64,000 nucleotides of DNA, from contig CAVXUZ010000005.1 in NCBI GenBank assembly GCA_963765125.1, positions 33,596 to 97,595 on the forward strand. The letters run 5' to 3'. The position numbers and the translations under genes are program-made. Below, one piece after another: positions 57,646-64,000 of the stretch (position 1 is the stretch's first letter; each line of letters begins with the position of its first letter). Source of the DNA: an uncultured candidate division WWE3 bacterium (GTDB lineage Bacteria; Patescibacteriota; WWE3; UBA101185; UBA10185). The notes under the pieces are model-generated. The model was not told the DNA's origin and searched no databases. It was given only the letters and a program-made list of their open reading frames with translations.

Positions 57646-59664
57646 TCAATTATTTCCCACGTATCGGCCAAGTCTGTCGTAAATCTTCTTTTTTAGCTTA
57701 GGGTAGTTATCTATTTGGGGAAAATATTTTGCAGAGTATTCTTTTGCCTTTTCTAAAGTTTCAAGATCAGACAAACGCGCGACTTTAAATCTTTTAAAAC
57801 CGTGTTGGAGTGTGCCGTAGATATCCCCACTTCCGCGAAGTTCGAGATCGATTTCTGCTAATTCTAAGCCGTTATTTACGGTTTCTAGATATTTTAATCT
57901 GTTGTAGGCGCTACGGTTATTACTACTCATAAAAATAAAACAATGTCCCTCTTGCCCCATACGCCCGATTCTGCCTCGTAGCTGATGTAAACTTGCGAGA
58001 CCGTATCTTTCTGCGCTTTCGATCACCATAACTGCTGCTTCTGGAATGTCTATGCCTACTTCAATAACCGGAGTGGACACTAGAATTTGTATTTCTCCTT
58101 TTTCAAATCTTTCAACAACGCCTCTTTTTTCTTCAGAAGTCATTTTGCCGTGGAGTAAACCAATCTTAAGATTTTTAAAAACTCCAGTTCTCAATTTTTC
58201 AAACTCAACTGTCGCAGCACGGACATTTTCAAAATCCTCATGCGACGACTCAAGAATAAAAGGACAAACGATAAATGTTTGTTCTCCTCTATCTCTAATC
58301 CATTCAAAGTGTTGATCACGTAATTTCTCAGGAACAACTTTTGTTTTAATTTTCTTTTCTTTTGATAGTATCGTTCTCAATTGTGATATTTCTAAATCAC
58401 CGTATATTGTTAATGCTAGTGTTCTAGGTATAGGAGTTGCCGTCATGGTAAGTAGGTGGGGTGTGAAACCGCCAAAGTCTAAACTCGCAAGTTTTGTTCT
58501 TTGTTCAACACCAAAACGATGCTGTTCATCGATAATCACCAAACCAACACCACTGTAATCCTCTTTAAAAAGAAGTGAGTGGGTTCCGATTAGAATATAA
58601 GGTTCTTTTGCAACTTCAGTTTTTAGCGAGCTCATTGCAATATGAACATTTGCGCCAAGCGGCTCTAGCACCTTTTTAAATGTGTCATAGTGCTGTTTTG
58701 AAAGAATCTCGGTTGGAGACATATAAAGAACATTTTTACCATTTAAGTAGGAAATATAAGCAGAAATAATTGCAACCATAGTTTTACCAGTGCCCACGTC
58801 ACCTTCAAGTAGTCTATTCATAGGGTGCGTCTTATTAAGATCACTTTTAATTTCTACAATTGCAGATTTTTGTGATTCAGATAATTCGAATGGAAGTGTT
58901 TTTATAAGTTCATTAACATTATTTTCATATTTCTCTGATGGTAACTCGCGGGAATGTAATTGTTTTTGCCAAATAGCTTTTCTATTCTCAACGTTTATAA
59001 GTTCTATTAATAATTCTTCAAGTGCAAATCTTTTTCTCGCCTGGTCAATCTCTCTTTGCGTAGTGGGAAAGTGAAAATAGTTTAATGCTTCGCCAAACTT
59101 AGGAAACTTTTCGTGAGAAATTATGTCTTCTGGTAAAAATTCATCTAGTGTCAATTTTGATAAAAGTATTTCATTTATTTTTCCCCTAATCCATTTTGAC
59201 GATACTCCACTCGTTTCAGGGTAAACTCCGATAAGTCTTCCAGTGTTTAGAGCTTGCTCGGCTAAAAGTTCGTATGTGGGTGCTACAAGATTTAATTTAC
59301 TTCCGAATTTGCCAACCTTACCACTAAAACTATATTTCTCACCCTGTTTTAAAGATTTTTTGAGGTAGTGGCTGTTAAACCAGATAACATTTACTTTTCC
59401 GGTTTGGTCAAGAACGTCGGTTTGAGTTAAACGTTTACCGTATTTTGTAAAAATATTTTTCACTTCGCCTAATACGCCTTGAACTGTTGCAACGTCACCT
59501 TCGTTCAAATCTGAGATGTTTTTAATAACTGAATAATCGTCGTATCTAAATGGAAAATGATAAAGTAGCTCTTCTACTGTTCTAATACCGAGCTTTTCTA
59601 AAAGCACACGATACTTGGGTCCTATTTTAGGAACTGCTGTAACCGGATTGGTTAATTCAAGCAT
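57646..59664 (-). CDS. recG: ATP-dependent DNA helicase RecG
   Basis: Wedge domain, MNRLLEGDVGTGKT, DEQHRFG, MTATPIPRTL, LHQLRGRIGR. Confidence 0.97.
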   Translation of the reverse strand: MLELTNPVTAVPKIGPKYRVLLEKLGIRTVEELLYHFPFRYDDYSVIKNISDLNEGDVATVQGVLGEVKNIFTKYGKRLTQTDVLDQTGKVNVIWFNSHYLKKSLKQGEKYSFSGKVGKFGSKLNLVAPTYELLAEQALNTGRLIGVYPETSGVSSKWIRGKINEILLSKLTLDEFLPEDIISHEKFPKFGEALNYFHFPTTQREIDQARKRFALEELLIELINVENRKAIWQKQLHSRELPSEKYENNVNELIKTLPFELSESQKSAIVEIKSDLNKTHPMNRLLEGDVGTGKTMVAIISAYISYLNGKNVLYMSPTEILSKQHYDTFKKVLEPLGANVHIAMSSLKTEVAKEPYILIGTHSLLFKEDYSGVGLVIIDEQHRFGVEQRTKLASLDFGGFTPHLLTMTATPIPRTLALTIYGDLEISQLRTILSKEKKIKTKVVPEKLRDQHFEWIRDRGEQTFIVCPFILESSHEDFENVRAATVEFEKLRTGVFKNLKIGLLHGKMTSEEKRGVVERFEKGEIQILVSTPVIEVGIDIPEAAVMVIESAERYGLASLHQLRGRIGRMGQEGHCFIFMSSNNRSAYNRLKYLETVNNGLELAEIDLELRGSGDIYGTLQHGFKRFKVARLSDLETLEKAKEYSAKYFPQIDNYPKLKKKIYDRLGRYVGNN

Positions 59665-59685
59665 ATATTCATTCTACCAATTAAC

Positions 59686-59841
59686 CTAAAACATATATGG
59701 CAAAAGCGATGTTAGTAGTAATGCAATAGTTGCTATGAGAACTAAAACGCTGCCGATATTTTTTGGTCTAAAAGCTCTGCGTATTTTCTTTTTTATTGCT
59801 TTGGCTTTTGATATTTCTGTTTGTTGTTTATCAGACTGCAT
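59686..59841 (-). CDS. 51-aa single-TM membrane protein (not in the ORF track)
   Basis: MQSDKQQTEISKAKAIKKKIRRAFRPKNIGSVLVLIATIALLLTSLLPYMF; TGCTATACT upstream. Confidence 0.6.
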   Translation of the reverse strand: MQSDKQQTEISKAKAIKKKIRRAFRPKNIGSVLVLIATIALLLTSLLPYMF

Positions 59842-59883
59842 AAAAAGAGTATAGCAAAGTTGTAAGAGTTTGATTAGTAAGAC

Positions 59884-59921
59884 AAAAAATAACCCTTAAA
59901 GATTTCTCTGTAAGGGTTATT
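59884..59921 (-). terminator. Intrinsic terminator
   Basis: AATAACCCTTA/TAAGGGTTATT stem with T tract on minus. Confidence 0.7.
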
Positions 59922-59931
59922 GTGTTGCAGG

Positions 59932-60156
59932 TTAATCGTAGCATCGGGTGCAAACATTTTCGAGTTTGAACCGGCGAATGGCAACACTGGGATTATCACA
60001 GCAGACTGTTACCAAATCTTTGTCATGTGTGTTATCTGTCAATGTGCCGTCTTTTTTCACGAACCTTTTTCCTCCTGGTTTTATACCAACTACCACCAAA
60101 ACCCAGCGCTCACCATCTTTCTGAGTCTTGACCTCTAATTTCTTGCTGCTAGTCAT
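59932..60156 (-). CDS. 74-aa Cys-containing microprotein
   Basis: SD AAGGAG, promoter TTGCTT-N18-TATAAT, own terminator; CC...CxxC at the C-terminus. Confidence 0.65.
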   Translation of the reverse strand: MTSSKKLEVKTQKDGERWVLVVVGIKPGGKRFVKKDGTLTDNTHDKDLVTVCCDNPSVAIRRFKLENVCTRCYD

Positions 60157-60245
60157 AAGCCATCTCCTTTGAATATTAGTTTTGTGGATTATATCACGTT
60201 ATATAGGTTATAAGCAATACTACAGGTCATTTACAATAGGACAAC

Positions 60246-60277
60246 AAAAAGCCCCTTAGATTATATCTTTGGGGCTT
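60246..60277 (-). terminator. Intrinsic terminator
   Basis: AAGCCCC...GGGGCTT with T tract on minus. Confidence 0.65.
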
Positions 60278-60284
60278 ATACTTG

Positions 60285-60506
60285 CTAAGATTGTGAACGG
60301 CCTTCCCATCTTCTTGGATTAAATCCGCGAATGTTTGGTATAAAAGGTATCGTTTCACGCTCTTTTTCTGTTTCGCGATGCTTTGCTGCAGCGGTTTCTA
60401 TTTGCGCATCAGTCATCGCCGGCATCTCACATCCACAACCTGGACAAATATTTGTAAGAGATGTGGTACTTTTCCACATCCTACAAGGTATACAGTAAAG
60501 CCACAT
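60285..60506 (-). CDS. 73-aa zinc-ribbon microprotein
   Basis: CIPC...CPGCG; SD TAAGGAG. Confidence 0.65.
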   Translation of the reverse strand: MWLYCIPCRMWKSTTSLTNICPGCGCEMPAMTDAQIETAAAKHRETEKERETIPFIPNIRGFNPRRWEGRSQS

Positions 60507-60521
60507 GGTTCTCCTTATATT

Positions 60522-60770
60522 CTATGCAAGTTTTACTCTTAGCCTGCTCCCCACCGTTGTACGCCCGGATTTTATTGTAACGAATTGCGCTTTGCAGCCG
60601 CATCTCAATGATTGACGACCTCTCTCGAGTATCGTCTCGATCTCTTCTTTTTGGGCTTGTAACATAGGTTTACCACAGCATTCGCAGTTTCTAGGTTTTT
60701 TGCTGTCAGATAAAATCTGAAGCCGGCAATCGCCGCACACGAACCAGAACTTACCAGTATCACTTGACAT
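60522..60770 (-). CDS. 82-aa zinc-ribbon microprotein
   Basis: CGDC...CECCG..M; SD AAGGAG before ATG 60770. Confidence 0.65.
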   Translation of the reverse strand: MSSDTGKFWFVCGDCRLQILSDSKKPRNCECCGKPMLQAQKEEIETILERGRQSLRCGCKAQFVTIKSGRTTVGSRLRVKLA

Positions 60771-60882
60771 ATCGAACTCCTTTTTTTGTGGATTTGGTTG
60801 TGAGCATTTTACCACCTTTTTACTGAATTGAAAAACCGCTGTAGTCATAAAAAAAGGACTATATCTTTGATATAATCACTCT

Positions 60883-63591
60883 ATGTTTAGAGTGCTTAAC
60901 GCAAAGAAACGAAAAGTAAAAAAGGCTATTAGAGTATTCAAAAGCAGATTCTTCAATTCAAAGCTTGGAGTTACTTCAATAACCAGAAAGATAGGTACTA
61001 TCGAGCTTGAGGGTAAACAACTTTATCTGGCTACATATCTTGCAACTTTCACTTTGGTAGGGTTAGTTGCTGCAACTTTTCTAGCACTCATAGTTTTGGC
61101 TGTCGTATCGCGACAACTACCCAACCCAAATCAACTTCTTGAGAGGAGTTACGAATTATCGACAAAAATTTACGATCGCAATAATGTACCGATTTATGAG
61201 GTTTATGGAGAAAAAAATAGGACGCTTGTTAAACTTTCAGATATTTCTCCAGACGTACAGCACGCGACTTTAGCAGTTGAGGATGCTGCTTTTTATACGC
61301 ATAAAGGTTTCTCGTTACGCGGAATGGCAAGAGCACTGCGCAATACAATAACTGGAAAAGGACTACAAGGCGGGTCAACTCTTACGCAGCAGGTTATTAA
61401 AAACACACTTTTAACTCAAGAACGTACGATTATGCGAAAACTGAAAGAGTTAGTTTTATCGTTACAGCTAGAAAATCGCTATTCAAAAGATGAAATTTTA
61501 CAAATGTACCTAAATGAGTCTCCTTATGGAGGGCAAAATTACGGCGTTTACACTGCGTCACGAGCCTATTTTGGAAAAGAACCTAAGGATCTCTCGCTCG
61601 CCCAGGCAGCATATTTATCTGGGCTCCCACAAAGACCTAGCTATTATTCACAGTATGGTACTAACCCAGAAGCTGGAATTGAAAGAAAAAATGCAGTTTT
61701 GGAATTAATGCACAAAAAAGGGTGGGTCGGCGCTGACGGAAAAAATTATTATATTAGTGATGAGGATTACGAAAAGGCGATAAATGAGGAGTTAATCTTT
61801 CAAGCTGCAAGTATTCCATTTTTAGCCCCACATTTTGTTTTTTATGTGAAACAAGAGCTGGTTGATTTATTTGGCGAAGATATTGTTGAACAGGGTGGCT
61901 TGCAGGTAAAAACTACTTTAGACTTGGAGTTTCAGGAGGAAGCACAAAAAATAGTGTTTGAAGAAGTCGAAGGTTCTAAAACTCTTAATGTCTACAATGG
62001 CGGTCTCATTGCATTAAACCCGAAAAATGGACAAATACTAGCGATGGTAGGTTCAAAAGGTTATTTCTTAGAATCAGAGCCTGAGGGCTGTATATCTGGT
62101 ATAACGGGAGAAAACAGCTGTTTATTTGAACCTGAACTTAATACCACAACAGCAAACAGACAGCCGGGCTCGAGTATTAAACCGTTAACTTATGCGTCGA
62201 TGCTGAATCAGGGCTACACCAGCTCGTTCACATTCTTAGACGTTCCTACAAAGTTTCCTGGTGAAGATGTAAACAAACCTTATGTACCAGAAAACTACGA
62301 TGGTACATTTCGCGGTCCAATGTCTTTAAGAAAATCATTAGCAAACTCATTAAATATTCCTGCAGTTAAGGCACTAAGAGTTGGTGGTCTTGATAATATG
62401 ATTGATTTTGCAGAAGAGCTTGGTATCACCACATTAAAACAGCGCGAGAGATTTGGATTAGCTTTAACTTTGGGCGGTGGAGAGACCAAGCTTTTAGAGA
62501 TGACTGGAGCATTTGGCGCGTTTGCAAATAAAGGAATGTTCTACAAGCCAATTGCAATTACCGAGGTTACAAACTCAAGAGGCGAAGTTTTATACAAATG
62601 GAGAGACGACGGTGGCAAAAAAGTGATGGGAGAAGAAGTAGCGTTTCTTATTTCAGATATTTTGTCTGATGATGGTGCAAGAAGCGATGCTTTTGGATTA
62701 GGCAGCTTGTTAAACATTTCTGGATATAAGGTTGCAGTTAAAACTGGTACAACGGATGACAAGCGTGATAACTACGCCATGGGTTATACGCCGTCAATTG
62801 CGATTGGTGTTTGGGTTGGTAATAATAATAACGATAAGATGAACCCCTACATTGCATCGGGTATAACAGGCGCAACACCAGTTTGGAATCGTACGATGAA
62901 ACATTATTTACAAAAATACTTTTCTGATGAAGAATCGCGAGAAAATTTTGAAGCTCCAAAAAATGTAGAAAAAATATCAATCGATAAACTTACGGGAATG
63001 CTACCTTACGACGATAAAGATACAAGGTCAGAGTGGTTTATCAAAGGAACAGAACCTACTGCAATTAGCGACTGGTATAAAAAGATAGAAATTTGCGAAG
63101 AAGATGGAAAGATTGCAAATGATTCATGCAAAGACGCTGATAATACAGACACAGAAACTTTTATAGACATTCAAGCCGAGTTGCCCGAGTGGCAATTGTA
63201 TGTGGACAAATGGGTTAGCGAAAATTATTCAGAAAAGGATGAATATTTTCCACCAAAAATGCAAACCTGTTTAGAATTTGATGATGACGGAGATGTCGAT
63301 GATGATAGTAAAGTTTGCGTAAAAATAATTAATTTCAACGACGGCGATCGTGTACCGTTAGATTTTAGACTAAGCGTTGAGGCCTCAAGTGCAAAAGACA
63401 TTGAAACTATAACAATTTATATGGACGGCGAAAAAATTACCGAAGATGACTCATCGCCATACGGTTATAATTTTGAACTTTCTGGAAATAAAATCGGCGA
63501 GCATACATTTAGAGTTACAGCAAAAGATGAAAAAGGAAATAAAGGCGAAGATGAGATTAAGCTGAACGTCAGTGGGTACCAGTTAGATTAA
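60883..63591 (+). CDS. Class A penicillin-binding protein (transglycosylase/transpeptidase) with C-terminal Ig-like domain
   Basis: EDAAF..H.G, GGSTLTQQ, RK.KE, YLN; SSIK, S.N, KTG; PY.Y...G.H...V.A.D..GN. Confidence 0.95.
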   Translation: MFRVLNAKKRKVKKAIRVFKSRFFNSKLGVTSITRKIGTIELEGKQLYLATYLATFTLVGLVAATFLALIVLAVVSRQLPNPNQLLERSYELSTKIYDRNNVPIYEVYGEKNRTLVKLSDISPDVQHATLAVEDAAFYTHKGFSLRGMARALRNTITGKGLQGGSTLTQQVIKNTLLTQERTIMRKLKELVLSLQLENRYSKDEILQMYLNESPYGGQNYGVYTASRAYFGKEPKDLSLAQAAYLSGLPQRPSYYSQYGTNPEAGIERKNAVLELMHKKGWVGADGKNYYISDEDYEKAINEELIFQAASIPFLAPHFVFYVKQELVDLFGEDIVEQGGLQVKTTLDLEFQEEAQKIVFEEVEGSKTLNVYNGGLIALNPKNGQILAMVGSKGYFLESEPEGCISGITGENSCLFEPELNTTTANRQPGSSIKPLTYASMLNQGYTSSFTFLDVPTKFPGEDVNKPYVPENYDGTFRGPMSLRKSLANSLNIPAVKALRVGGLDNMIDFAEELGITTLKQRERFGLALTLGGGETKLLEMTGAFGAFANKGMFYKPIAITEVTNSRGEVLYKWRDDGGKKVMGEEVAFLISDILSDDGARSDAFGLGSLLNISGYKVAVKTGTTDDKRDNYAMGYTPSIAIGVWVGNNNNDKMNPYIASGITGATPVWNRTMKHYLQKYFSDEESRENFEAPKNVEKISIDKLTGMLPYDDKDTRSEWFIKGTEPTAISDWYKKIEICEEDGKIANDSCKDADNTDTETFIDIQAELPEWQLYVDKWVSENYSEKDEYFPPKMQTCLEFDDDGDVDDDSKVCVKIINFNDGDRVPLDFRLSVEASSAKDIETITIYMDGEKITEDDSSPYGYNFELSGNKIGEHTFRVTAKDEKGNKGEDEIKLNVSGYQLD

Positions 63592-64000
63592 CTAGGATCT
63601 GCATTCATATCCGTAATCAGAGTTGAGCATTTTTATTAATCCATCACGTACTTTTTGTGTGTCACTAGTTTTGTATTTAATTTCAACCAAAACTGCTTTT
63701 TTATTATCCCCCACTTCGGTACCTATATATTCCTCGGTAACGTAAGCTTCATTAATAATCTCAGAAAACTTCTCAATATTTTGTAGAGCAGGGCCAAAAG
63801 ATTCATTAATGTTCATAACTAGTGAAATATTTTCTGTAGTAAAATCAGGAGCCTCATTAACTGGTCTTAAAGAAGTATTTTTAAATTTTAAAAGTTGTTG
63901 CGTGTTTAGTGTAAAACCTTGGACATCCAAAAAACCTATTTTATCTTTACCTATTAAAACATTCACACCAAATTCGTTTTTTTCAAAAATGTAATTAGCT
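63592..64000 (-). CDS. pheT: Phenylalanyl-tRNA synthetase beta subunit, C-terminal part (partial)
   Basis: Open frame to window end; FDX-ACB-like ending (ENISLV...EYIG..VGDNKKAV...Y...CR). Confidence 0.6.
   Translation of the reverse strand, partial: ANYIFEKNEFGVNVLIGKDKIGFLDVQGFTLNTQQLLKFKNTSLRPVNEAPDFTTENISLVMNINESFGPALQNIEKFSEIINEAYVTEEYIGTEVGDNKKAVLVEIKYKTSDTQKVRDGLIKMLNSDYGYECRS

Noticed and set aside
1-64000. Numerous antisense/overlapping ORFs in the track (e.g. 185..634, 13458..13877, 20538..20984, 41631..42176)
   Set aside because: Shadows of well-supported genes on the opposite strand or in another frame.
1-64000. CRISPR array, rRNA, IS elements, alternative genetic code 25
   Set aside because: No regularly spaced repeats, rRNA-like tracts or transposases seen; conserved genes are intact under code 11 and several end at TGA.

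Overview
AT-rich bacterial chromosome segment using genetic code 11. Gene content and order point to a Patescibacteria/CPR genome, most resembling WWE3/Microgenomates (inference). It carries housekeeping genes (htrA, prfA, rpmE, dnaB, tRNA-Leu, efp, lspA, ruvC, rnhB, gyrA/gyrB, K+-independent H+-PPase, trmD, rpsP, rnc, nusB, rpmF, recG, class A PBP, pheT end) and a ~25 kb type IV pilus locus without a secretin (pilB/T/C/A/D, many minor pilins, two PilX-like genes, pilM/N/O). Four features stand out. (1) A ~10 kb accessory block inside the pilus locus holds two large adhesin-like paralogs with different N-termini and a ~784 bp near-identical 3' part, two families of small Cys-motif membrane proteins, and four genes with a shared non-canonical promoter motif. 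(2) A 34 bp palindrome matching loxP at 27/34 positions lies upstream of a lone Xer-type recombinase, flanked by an inverted repeat and a local G/C skew flip (candidate dif/terminus). (3) Two aberrant tRNA-like RNAs lie in tandem, one with a 64-nt structured insert in place of the anticodon loop and one with a Gly-type acceptor but a GAT anticodon, followed by a long terminator hairpin. (4) Several orphan Cys-rich microprotein genes have their own SD and terminators.
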